Positions 38,670 to 51,139 of a stretch of 64,000 nt of DNA are shown here, piece by piece. Location: positions 134,168,001-134,232,000 of the forward strand of contig NC_042998.1 of assembly GCF_006345805.1 (NCBI RefSeq), given 5' to 3'. The DNA comes from Octopus sinensis (lineage: Eukaryota). The position numbers and the translations under genes are program-made. How positions within the stretch are numbered: position 1 is the first letter of the stretch; each line of letters begins with the position of its first letter. Under the pieces are notes generated by a model. The model was given only the letters and a program-made list of their open reading frames with translations. It was not told where the DNA came from and did not search any database.

Positions 38670-39900
38670 AAACAGATTCCATCACACTCCAGGGGGAGAA
38701 ACTAGAAGTAGTTGATAGTTTCCGCTACCTGGGTGACCAAGTTAGTAGTGGGGGTGGATGCTCAGAGAGTGTCACCACTAGAATACGAATAGCCTGGGCA
38801 AAGTTTAGAAAGCTCCTACCCCTACTGGCAACAAAGGGTCTCTCACTCAGAGTGAAAGGTAGATTGTATGATGCATGTGTGCAAACTGCCATGCTTCACA
38901 GCAGTGAAACATGGGCCGTGACTGCAGAGGACATGCGTAGACTTGAAAGAAATGAAGCTAGCATGATCCGCTGGATGTGTAATGTCAGTGTGAATGCACG
39001 ACAGAGTGTAAGCACCCTGAGAGAAATGCTAGGCATAAGAAGCATCAGATGTGGTGTGCAAGAGCGACGCTTGCGATGGTATGGTCATGTACTGCAGATG
39101 GATGAGGAGAGATGTGTGAAGAAGTGCCACTCCCGAACAGTTGAAGGAATCAGGGGGAGAGGTAGACCCAGGAAGACATGGGATGAGGTAGTCAAGCATG
39201 ACCTCAGAGCGTTGGGCCTCACTGAGGCAATGGCGAAGGACCGAGATCTCTGGAGATGTGTTGTGACTACTAAGACCCGGGATGCTTCCGGCACCAGTCC
39301 CGCATACCCCCTGCTCATTCAAAGTACCTTGGATCCCGGAACATCTCGCTGTGCTTGAGGAGACCTGTTGAGGCAAGTGCATGTACATGAACATCGAACC
39401 AAATATCAATGGAAACAGTAGTTGTGATACCTGTGCCGGTGACACATAAAAAGCACCATCCGAACGTGGCCGTTGCCAGTGCCGCCTCGACTGGCTTCTG
39501 TGCCGGTGGCACATAAAAAGCACCATCCGAATGTGACCGATGCCAGCACCGCCTCGAATGGCTTCTGTGCTGGTGGCACATAAAAAGCACCATCCGAACA
39601 TGGCCGATGCCAGCACCGCCTCAACTGGCTTCTGTGCCGGTGGCACATAAAAAGCACCAACCGATCGTGGCCGATGCCAGACCCCTCTGGCACCTGTGCA
39701 GGTGGCACGTAAAAAGCACCCACTACACTCGCGGAGTGGTTGGCGTTAGGAAGGGCATTCAGCTGTAGAAACACTGCTAGATCAGACTGGAGCCTGGAGC
39801 AGCCCCTTGCTCCCCTGACCCCGGTCGAACCGTCCAACCCGTGCTAGCGCGGAAAACGGACGTTAAACGATGATGATGATGATCATCATCATCATCATTT
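38670..39900 (+). mobile_element. RTE LINE 3' end with nearly intact ORF C-terminus and repeat-containing 3' UTR
   Basis: LEVVDSFRYLGDQV..RVKGRLYDACVQTAMLH..RRLRWYGHV..RGRGRPRKTW, then a 67-bp array and (ATG/ATC)n tail. Confidence 0.95.
39432..39720 (+). repeat. Tandem array of 67-bp units, each with a GTGCC-ggt-GGCAC hairpin
   Basis: Units start at 39432, 39499, 39566, 39633 and 39695. Confidence 0.95.
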
Positions 39901-42900
39901 CACAATTGCTTTCTTTTCTTGCTGTAGTTGGGTGGGTCACCAAGTCAATTCACATCCAAGACCACTGCCTGCCAAGACGACTCAGAGGGTTGCAGCTTGT
40001 TTTTATGTTTTATTTTTTGGTTTTGATTTCTTTGGTTGGATACTCTTTCTAGCAGCAACCGTTTTACATGGTATGATAGATGCTTTCTACCTCATGAGAC
40101 CTCTCTTCATTACAGACTCTCACCAATCTGTTGTATGTCCATGTGCTCAAAACATCGTGACCAAGAAGTTGATTGGTAGATAAAGTGATAACATAAATAT
40201 ACTACAAACACACACACACATACATACACACGTATGTATGAATGTATGTATATGTACATATGTATGTAGAGTGAGCGAAAGAGAGACCATTATTTAAATT
40301 GAAATGAAATACATGTATTTAAGCTATTTCTTGTTTGTAAATGAACCAGCTTATGGCTATCATTTAAAATTCTATAAATTAAAATTGTAATATAATATTA
40401 GTTCATACCCCTGTTAGCTAAAGAAATTTAGCTACATTTTTTAATATCTTATATTTATGAGAATTTTCAACAAATTGAAATTCTGTATCATTATCAAGTA
40501 GTTATCCTATTCTATTATTTTTCCTATCTTAATTGCTTTTACTGATATGAAAGTTAATTTTGTGTTTCCGTAATAAAAAATAACCTATTTCTATGCAGAA
40601 ATGATTTTCTAAAATATGTTATAAAAGATATTATCCATTTAAGATAGCATTATTTTAATTTCAAGAAATCTTTTAAATATTACTTTACACAATAATTGTT
40701 GATAATTCTCATATAGTAGTTAACATTAAGTATTTTATAACAAATATGCACACACATACATATATACATGATACATGTGTGTACAAACACATGCAAATAT
40801 ACATATGTACATATGCACACATACACACACACACACACTTGAGAAGGCTTGTCCGCCTCTACAAGTATGCTGAAACCAATGTTAAAAGGGTGGTAGCTGT
40901 GCAAACATAGTGCAATCACTGGTAAAATGATGGTAGTAGTGAAGGCTATGGCGTATAGTATATCTACCTGCAGGCGCTTCACCACCATCTGTTGGTGCTT
41001 GTTTATATGATGCTCTTTTTCTATCTTTTACTTCTCTATTACTCACACTTCCCTCTCCCTCTCACCCAGACACTGTACCATGTTGCCTATGTGACTTGTG
41101 GGGAGAGCAGTGGGGCCACTCCTGTCCATCACAATGCCAGCTGTGTAACTAGGGATGGCATTGGATCTGTCTGACCATTTCATCTTCCTGATGCTCATTG
41201 TCCTTTCTATCCCCTAACCATGCAAGAAAATGTTGTTGGACCTGACTGTATTCAATCCCCTGCTACAACCCCCCTTATCGATCAATCTCTATCTCTCTCT
41301 CTCTCACATAGGCAAACATGTAGTTGCCATTACTATCTTTCTTCCATTACCCCCTGCCATTACTGTCTAACCCACCCATGGAATGAATGGTGAGAAAGAG
41401 GATATAAAGAGAGAGATGGAATGATGGAGATAGAGAAGAATCATATGAGAGAGAGTGGTAGGTCTTTTTGCAGTTGGAAAAAGGGAGGGGATGTCATCAT
41501 ATAATAGGGATGAGCGAAGGAAAAAGAAGCAAGGACTTATGGTTAAAGATCAAATGAAGATTGAATGAAATGGGAAGAATTGCCAGAGAAGTATATCCTG
41601 ATATGCAATGCAGAAACTGGAGGAGGAGGATTGGGAGCTGGGAGAGCCACAGCTTTGACTAAATAAAGAGTGATCAATGGTCGCTAATAGGATGAAAATT
41701 TCATTTTATAACATTGGTCAAAGCCACCCTAAATAAGACAGAGTATTCATTGAGATCTGGGTGACAAGAGCTGAAATGCAGAACTTCCATTGAATGGTTT
41801 AAAAAAAGTATTTCTCTTTTTTTTACTTGCTTTCATACCTCTAATTCTTTTTCTCTCTCATGTTTTTTTTTTCTTTTCTTACTTTTCACCTCACCCTGCT
41901 TTCTGAGATGAGACTATTATCAATCTCTAAAACTGTATTTCATCTTATACATTGCCTCTGAAATCATATGTAATTATAATTCAATAGGTCAAGTATCAAG
42001 AGACATGAATCATTTTGAGAGTTTTTCACAAGTAATCCACCTTTCATCAAATTTAAAGTTAAGTTTAGAATTATACATGTACTTGCATAGCAAGTGTTTT
42101 GATCTGAGATTGTGTGCTGAAATCGCATTAAAAATATAATATTTATATTTTTGTTTTTGAGAATGCTCATCACACAAAGTAGGGGCTACTTTCATTCTGC
42201 TATCATTGAGTGATTCCGGTGTAAAGTCAGCCTTGTCTGATGAATTCTTGTGCCTTTAGTGATTCTGAAATTAATAGTAACATGAGCTGACTGTGTTCTA
42301 TATATCTTCACTTTCTCTTTTTAATTCAGAAAAAAATTTTGATAGGCCACTGACTTCGTAGCAACGCTGTGAAGGAAAGTATCCTAATTTAACCACCATC
42401 CTTTAAATCTTAAGAAGGTCTTGCAGATTCTTATAGTCCCATATAGTGTGATCATTTGATTTGTAGTGTATGAAGTAAGAATTTGCATTCTCTCCCCAAT
42501 ATTCCAAGTTCAGAGTTTGCTCCAGATGGATTAGTATATAACCTGATAGTCCAATGATAATGGGCACCATCTTGAAGGGTTTTAGTCAAATAAATCAACC
42601 CTAGGACTCATCTTTTTAATGTCTGGTACTTTATTCTATTGGTCCATAGACATCCTCTTTCTATTGACATGTATGTATGTATTTATTATGCATTTATGTG
42701 TTTATATCTATGCATGTGTGTATATAGCATAATTATGTAGATATGTATGAATATGATATAACAGTATGTATATTATGTATGTGTGTGTTAGGGGTTAAGA
42801 TTATTATCTTAAAGCAAGTTTAAGAATAACAACAGAATGTTTACTGATAGAGATGTTCGAAAGTGAAAGTAGAGACAAATTTATAAAATTTGTTTTGACT

Positions 42901-43295
42901 GGGACTAAATGATTTTGCCTGATAGTTTATTCAACCAATCTACTTACATAGGCCATTGGGCAAAATCTGAAGTCTCAGTCAAAACAAACAAATTTCATAA
43001 CATGTGTGTGTGTGGTTTGTCTGTTTGTATGTATGTTAGTTTCTATATTAGGGTGAACCAGTAGCCTGTCATTCTGAAGTTTCCTTGATTTACTGCCTGT
43101 TCTTTAGACAGAAATAGACTGGACTAGGAACTGACAACACTGGAGTAACTCCAGAGTAACCAGGCTATGGATCAGCCTAAATAAACTAAAGCACTGTTAT
43201 AACATTGAATACTTCTCCCTTTTGGAAAAACCAACACATACATATATGCATATGTATGTATATTAAAAAAATGTATACATATATGTATACATACA

Positions 43296-43474
43296 TTCTT
43301 TTATTCTTCTACTTGTTTCAGTCATTTGACTGCGACCATGCTGGAGTACTGCCTTTAGTTGAACAAATCGACCCTAGGACTTATTCTATTGGTCTCTTTT
43401 ACCAAACCACTAAGTTACGGGGACGTATATACAAACACACCAACATCGTTTGTCAAGCGATGGTGAGAGGACAA

Positions 43475-43521
<47 letters not shown>

Positions 43522-43678
43522 CGATGGGCTTCTTTCAGTTTCCATCTACCAAATCCACTTACAAGGCTACGGTCAGCCCGAGGCTATAGCAGAAGACATT
43601 TGCCCAAGGTGTCACACAGTGGAACTGAACCCAGAACTATATGGTTAGGAAGCAAGCTTCTTACTACACAGCCACTCC
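43296..43678 (-). mobile_element. SINE family A, full length
   Basis: Family match. Confidence 0.85.
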
Positions 43679-43684
43679 TTCCTT

Positions 43685-44068
43685 TTTTACTTGTTTCAGT
43701 CATCGGACTGTGGCCATACTGGGGCACCACTTTGAAAGGTTTTAGTGAAACGAATCGACCCCCAGTACTTTATCTATTTAAAGTCTAGTACTTATTCTAT
43801 CGATCCGATTTGTTGAACCACTAAGTTACGGGGACGTACACAAACTAAGACCGGTTGTCAATCGGCGGTGGGGAAACGCGCACACAAACACACGCACACA
43901 CACACACACAGAGGCTTCTTTCAGTTTCCGCTTACCAGATCCACTGACAAGGCTTTGATCGGCTCGCAGCTATACTAGATTATATTTGCCCAAGGTACCA
44001 TGCAGTGGTACTGAATCTGAAATCAGGTTGTTGGAAAGTAAACTTCGACTACATAGCCACACCTGCGT
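43685..44068 (-). mobile_element. SINE family A variant, in tandem with the previous copy
   Basis: Family match with a different tail. Confidence 0.8.
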
Positions 44069-44266
44069 CTTTATATAGATGCGGACATGTGTACACATAC
44101 CAATATAGCTTTTCTAAGAATTTCTGTTGTTATTATTATTAATTCTCTTCTCTGTGTCAAATTACTGGGATATCGATATCACTGGTTGGTACATGTGTTG
44201 TCCTTGTTCGCTTTCTGTTTGTTACTCATACTTTTTCTTCCTGTATTTTTTTCCGACCTTTCTTAC

Positions 44267-44400
44267 CGATTATGTTGTTTATTGTTGTTGTTTCTGTCCA
44301 CATTGCTGTACACTGTACACATACAACTACAATAACGAACACCACCCACTAAGGCAATAACCGCCGGCCGGTTGTTTTCTCCCCAACTCTTTTCATTCCT
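44267..44400 (-). other. Candidate first exon of a minus-strand gene (ATG at 44303: MWTETTTINNII|gtaaga)
   Basis: Strong donor at the left edge of a CpG island (ccgccggccgg nearby), facing a CpG-poor block. Confidence 0.3.
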
Positions 44401-44722
44401 GCTAGTGACGTTTTACCTGTCACACACACACACAAATAGATAGAGATAGATAGATATTACTACAAGCTGTGTAGTAATAACTACTAAATACTGAAAGAAT
44501 TATGTGTATGTTATGTGGGCAAAATAATTTTAAATAATGGCAATATTTTATTTTGAATTGTTGATAAATAACATAAAACATATGTCTCAGTGTGTATATT
44601 ATATATATACATATGGGAATCAACATATGTTTATAAGTATTTTAGATTGCGAAAATTTATAAAATGATTTTAGACGTGTGTATATACCATTTAGATGTTC
44701 GTGTTTTTGTTTTAGCTGGTCC

Positions 44723-44775
<53 letters not shown>

Positions 44776-45813
44776 GACAAGTCTCCATGCTCTTAATAAT
44801 TATAGCTTATATATAATTGATCACCAAAGCCAAGCCTTGTTATTTTACCTGTAAAAATTTATATACACACAATTTATTATCATAGGCTTAAATGTAAAAG
44901 TATACAAGACCGATAATACGATTTATAAGTACACACCTGTTTTGCCCCCCCCCCCCCCCTAGTTTAAAATATTTACGTATGAGCATTCAAAACTTTCTAT
45001 CACCGTTGTGAAACTAAAAACACAAGTTCTCTCTCTCCTCACAGATGAATAAATGTCTGTGATAACAAAATTGACACACCTACAAAAAGCCGACTGAACT
45101 CTTCTGTGTTTGCTTCTCATTGCTCTCTTCCTCTTTCGTTCCTTTACGTAGTCACCCTTTCTTTCTCCATTGTATTTTTACCTCCCCTTCTGTTAATTTC
45201 TCTACCTCTCTTTCACTCCCCTTCTCTCAGTGTTATCACTAGTTCTATTACTGCTGTCAGACGCACCTATTACACTGTTTACTAGTAGTATTAGTATTAC
45301 TACTACAATTACTGCTACCCCCCCACCACCACATACTGTCATTCTTATTGCTGCTGCTACTACTACTTCTGATCCCTCCCTCTGTCTCTGTGTTTTAATT
45401 TCTCTTCCCTCTCCTCCAACCTCCGTTTACTGTATTTTCTTTTTTTTTCCAGGCAGGTCGGACGTATAATAAACTGTAAGCGTATAAAATATATTATATA
45501 TGGACATATATAGTATATTTATGTAAGATATATGCAGCGACGTCAAACATAACAAGAAAGCATTTTAAAAATAAGTGTTTAAAAACAAAGAGAAATAAAT
45601 CCAAAATACAAAAATTTAAGCCTGGAAGATTAAAATGTGGAAATTACGTGAAATAACCGACAAAGTGTAAGTACCATGTATTGCTTTTCTTTTCCTTTGA
45701 AGGGTCTTCTATATACACGCCAACATACATAATACTGACAAGTGTATATACTCTCACACACCCCTTGTTCGATATGCTTTCCTTGCTAAGTAAATCAATT
45801 TATGTACACACCC

Positions 45814-45860
<47 letters not shown>

Positions 45861-46066
45861 AAGCCTTTGATTTTTATATGGGTGGTGGGTAATGATTGGT
45901 TGTGTTCATGTTATTCCTAAAAGATGTGTCCATACGTCTGTATATTATGTATGAATATATATATATAGGCCTACAAACAAGTACATTTTCTCGCACATAC
46001 ATAAAGAGTATACTGGTGATGTTGACTTAAGTTTAGATGAATCGACTTAAAGAGACAGGGTTTTAA

Positions 46067-46330
46067 AAAATTGTTATTATTACTATCATTATTAACCGTC
46101 GGCAAATATCGTCACCATGGACATCATTTGGACTTCAGTCATGTTTTTTTCACATCTTGACATTCTTTCAGTCCTTCCTTCATGTTCAAACAACTATCTC
46201 TCTGCTTCAGGATTTCTGCGTACTACGTGGATCGTCGCAGCACACGGAGACATACAGACAAATCACTGTACATACATATCTGTGTGTGTGTGTCTTTCCA
46301 TTTTCTATACACGTAGGAATGGCAAAGTTA
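46067..46330 (+). repeat. ~264-bp segment, inverted copy at 50631-50891
   Basis: Base-by-base alignment shows only a handful of differences. Confidence 0.95.
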
Positions 46331-46583
46331 TCCGAATAGGCTTTTTTGATGATAGCAAAGTGTGTGTAGGTTTGGAAATGGACGAGAGACAAAATGAGCT
46401 TTAGGAGTTCTGTTTAAAACTGTCTTAATAATTAACATTTCACACACATATTGTTAACAGATTATTATTATTAAGACATATACAATGTTCCCTGTCTAAA
46501 GCAACAGGCAATTATAGACAGACGACGAAGACTTAAGAAACTCGGTGATCGATGTGGCTTTATTAATCAATGGCATTTACTGT

Positions 46584-46622
<39 letters not shown>

Positions 46623-48111
46623 CGTGTATGTGTTTGTAAGTGTGTGAGCAGGTTGACTATCTAGTTTTCGTTGAACATTATTACCAAGCACTACTGATCT
46701 CTGGAAGGAGGAAAATGTGCTTTGTGTGCATATATATATACACGCACACATACGTGTACAAGCGTATATATTTTGCGTGTGTATTTATAATTTTTTAAAT
46801 AATTAATCTTGACTTGAGAATGTGTGTGTGCGTTTTGAGATTCTTAAGATATTAATAATAGGTATTTTGCCCGTCCTTCACTGGCTTATATAAACTATTT
46901 TGCGGGGGTCGCGAGTAGTGGTTTCTGGTTGTAGGCCCAACCGAGTTGTCAACACACTTGTGGGGAAATCCTCATTGAGACGATCGTTCCTTCTTGGATA
47001 CCATTATTTGGTGATGATCTATATGTATCTACTTCTAAGTAGATACGCTGTTATATAAGCGCGAAAACTCGGTTGTCTTAGCCGGTGTATGGGAATTTAT
47101 AACATGAGTTCTCTTGTCAAGACAAACAGCTTGGTCCATGAAATAGTCTTTATGTAAATTGCCCTACCTACTAGCAATGACGTCCAAAATCTCCTTTTAG
47201 ATCTTGCTATTGTGTTTTAAATAAAAGCATTTTAGAAAAATGTAATTCCTTACATTATAAAAAGGAGATTGCCACGGCTAGAACGCCTTTGATCATAGGT
47301 CTGCTCACACAACGTTAACCTTTGCTTAAACAACAATAGAAACCGACTATGCAAATGGCAGAAGGGGGATTGACTTCGACACGTGTAACCCTTGCATCGA
47401 CGATGAGTGTATTTCCTGATTCAAAATTTTCGAGTTGTGAACTATATCTAAGTGGCATGGCTGTGGGTTGACAACCTAACGACACCTGAGAGAGAGCGAG
47501 GGAGGGAAAGGGAGAGAGCTCTGACTGTCTTTGCCGCTGGATCACCTTGTGATGTGTGGAGTGGTATGGGGTAGTCAAACAATTATTCCATACGTCAAAG
47601 TACACCTTTCTTATCACTTTATGACACTAAGTGGGAGGAGATAATGTCGACAGTACATAGCTATACTCCAAACTTTACCATACTATTATCATTTAGTTCA
47701 AACCCCTGTAGAAGTTTATCTTCTATTTTGTTTTCAGTTAATTTTTTTTTAAACATTTGTTAAAATTAAGTAATCGTTATATACTAGGATCTGTAGTAAG
47801 ATTCAAGCTCTCCATTCTACTGTATGTCACTTCATCTTGGCTACGAGTCCTCTTCATTTCATGATATCCACCTTGCCATTGGAAATTTTCCCTCTTCTTC
47901 AGTCTTTTTTTGTTGTTTTTTTTTCGCTTCTAAGTCACAACAAACTGCACTTCTTGTTTACTGCATCTTTATATTGTGGCTTTTACAAATAAATATAAAT
48001 TCTTTCTGATTTTACTCCCACATTCTTATTGATAAGAATGTGGTACTAATAAATTAAAATATCCATTCTTTATTGCTGCAACAGTGCTAATAATAATAAT
48101 AATAATAGTAA

Positions 48112-49030
48112 TAATCATTTCTGCTATAGGCACAAGGCCTGAAATTTGAGGGGAGCGGCGCCCGTCGATTTGATCGACTCCAGTATGCAACTGGTACTTA
48201 ATTTATGGACCTCGAATGGATGAAAGGCAAAGTTGGCCTCAGTGGAATTTGAATGTAGAATTTCATGCCGGGCAAAATACCACTAAGCACTTCATCCAGT
48301 GTGCTAACATTTTTGCCAACTCGCTACCTTAATAATAACAACAACAATAATAATAATAATTCTTTCTAGTTTTGGCACAAGGTCAGTAGTTTTGAGGGGA
48401 TGGAGCAAGTTGATTACATTGACCCTAGTACTTGGAGAAATGCTACTAAGCATTTTGTCCAGTGCATTAACAATTCTGCCAGCTTACATATTTTTATATT
48501 GATGTAATCCAAGTACATGCCCAGTGCTTTATAGGGACTGAAAAGTAATGTTGAAACTTGGTGGATTTTTACTCAGAATGTAACAGGATGGAATTAAATA
48601 CCATAAGACAGCTAGTCTGCTATTATACTGTCATTTTCACTCCAATATTCTCAAGTATTAATAATAATTGTAAGGATTTCTAAAATCAGTGCAAGATCAG
48701 AGATATTAGATGAGGGTATAGTTGATTATATCTATCTCAATACTTGTTGGTTCTTATTTATATGGATCCTGGAAGGCTGAAAGGTGAAGTTGACCTGATA
48801 AGATTTGAACTGATATTCTTAAAGAATGTAAATAAATACTGATTGGTATATACCTATGCATTTTAAGGAAGGAAAGTTGATTTAATTGCTCCTTCTTTCC
48901 CCACTGTACTTGATTGGTGCATTAATTTATCAGCCAAGGAAGGAGGGCAATGTTAACTTGGTGCAGTTTGAAATTGATACTTAAAGGGGTATAGTAAAAT
49001 ACCTTAGGCAGTTTTGTATGACATTCTTCC
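48112..49030 (-). mobile_element. Cluster of about five same-orientation, increasingly degenerate family C SINEs
   Basis: Recurring ttgat..atcga..cagta..actgg and aaaggcaaagtt..ctc..ggaatttgaa motifs separated by (AAT)n. Confidence 0.6.
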
Positions 49031-49544
49031 AGTTATGTTGTCCACTTTTCTTACTAATGATGATAGTAATGATTTCTGACATAAGTTTTGCTTTCATTAT
49101 AGGTTTACTCAATCGCAATCAAATAACAACAAATAGGTGTTATATTCCCTGAGAATGTTACATGAGATAAACCAATATCCCAGAGAGGTTAAGAATTCCC
49201 TCTCATCTCCTTAATGCTATGAGACCAGTCCTTAGTAGCACCAACTCCGAAAACCTTTTGAGATGTAGGTTAATGAAGAAACTGCCACATCAGTAGTTGA
49301 CTTGCTGGAAATCTTTCTTTATTAGCAACTTATCTGATTTAAAAAAGCAAGGTTATATTTTTCTCTAGTTCAAGCATGTTTCCGTGGAAGACTTTAAACA
49401 AACTACACTGTTTGTTTTATAGTGATGTTGGTTTGGAGAAGTCAGGCACTCTTCTCCTCAGCAAGACACCTGTTTTTTCCTTCTGTCATACTTTAATATC
49501 CCTTAATGCTACACCCCAACTCAGTTGAGGAGTCTTGTCTTGCA

Positions 49545-49750
49545 GGTACTTGGTGACAATACCAGTGCTGGTGCCACAGAAAAAATCACCCAGTACACTC
49601 TGTGAAGTGATTAGCATTAGGAGGGCATCTAGCCATAAAACCATGCCAAAGAAGACATTGGAGCCTGGCACAGCCCTCTGGCTAATCAGTTCATTTCAGA
49701 CCATCCAACGCATCCCAGTATAGAGAAGGAGACATTAAATGATGATGATT
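49545..49750 (+). mobile_element. Family B element
   Basis: Family match. Confidence 0.75.
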
Positions 49751-49806
49751 TATATATTTAATCCATTACTATGAGTCCAACATACATACATACATACATA
49801 CATATA

Positions 49807-50240
49807 GGTGCAGAAGTGGCTGTGTGGTAAGAAACTTGCTTCCCAACCACATGATTCTGGGTTCAGTCCTGCTGTGTTGTACCTTGGGCATGTGTCTTCT
49901 GCTATAGCCTCAGGCTAGCCAAAGTCTTGTGAGTGGATTTGGTAGACGGAAACTGAAAGAAGCCTGTCATATATATATATATATATATATGTGTATATAT
50001 ATATATATGTGTATGTATGTCTGTATGTATTTATTTATGTGTCTGTGTTTGTCCTTCCACCATTGCTTGATAACTAATGTTGGTGTGTTTATGTCCCTGT
50101 AACCTAATAGTTTGGCAAAAGAGACCGATAGAATAAGTACTAGGTTTACAAAGAATAAGTCCTGGGGTTGATTTGTTTGATTAAAGGCGGTGCTCCAGCT
50201 TGGCTGCAGTCAGATGACTGAGGCAAGTAAAAGAATAAAA
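49807..50240 (+). mobile_element. SINE family A, full length
   Basis: Family match. Confidence 0.9.
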
Positions 50241-50630
50241 CAACACACACACACTCAATAATTTTCTGTATATATATATATATTCACAGCCACCCACATA
50301 TATGTAATACCCAGTGCATACAGTGAAGTGGATAATGAACAAATGGAGAAAACATAAGGTTGTGCAATCCTTTTATTCTCTTCTCACCTAGGATTTATTA
50401 ACTTCTCTAGTACTGATGCCAAGAAAAAATGCACATAGTAAATGCTGCAAAGTGATAGGCAATATTAAGGGCAACCACCATACAATACTTGTCAAAATGA
50501 CATGTTCAAGCTCTAGTATTTGAGAGCAGTACCTCCTAATAAGAAAGGACCTAGATCATGAAAACCCATGCCAGCATGGAAAGCAGGCATAGAATTATAT
50601 ATATATATATATATATATAATAACAAAGGG

Positions 50631-50891
50631 TAACTTTGCCATTCCTACGTGTATAGAAAATGGAAAGACACACACACAGATATGTATGTACAGTGATTTG
50701 TCTGTATGTCTCCGTGTGCTGTGACGATCCATGTAGTATGCAGAAATCCTGAAGCAGAGAGATAGATGTTTGAACATGAAGGAAGGACTGAAAGAATGTC
50801 AAGATGTGAAAAAAACATGACTGAATCCAAATGATGTCAATGGTGACGATATTTGCCGACGGTTAATAATGATAGTAATAATAACAATTTT
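50631..50891 (-). repeat. Inverted copy of 46067-46330
   Basis: See partner copy. This copy has lost three CpGs. Confidence 0.95.
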
Positions 50892-51029
50892 GCCTGTGTG
50901 AATAACCTTCAAGTATTTTGGCTTCTCTGGGAGACCCTTTTTAAAGTAGTAGAAATAGCTAAGATTTTTGGCTGCTATTTCTAAACTTCGGTGTGTGGTG
51001 AAGCAAATCTTTGCTGAACCCTTTTATTA

Positions 51030-51076
<47 letters not shown>

Positions 51077-51139
51077 GTGGATAGATAGATAGAGAGAGGG
51101 AGGGAGGGAAATATGGTAATAGTTCTTAGAACTTTTTCC

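Noticed and set aside
39432-39720. CRISPR-like appearance (palindromic repeat with regular spacing)
   Set aside because: The 'spacers' are themselves repeats of each other, the array lies in a LINE 3' UTR in animal DNA, and there are no cas genes.
47790-47900. FQWQGGYHE resembling the REP/IS200 tyrosine transposase WQ.GY motif
   Set aside because: No HUH motif or other context. A single short motif is expected by chance.
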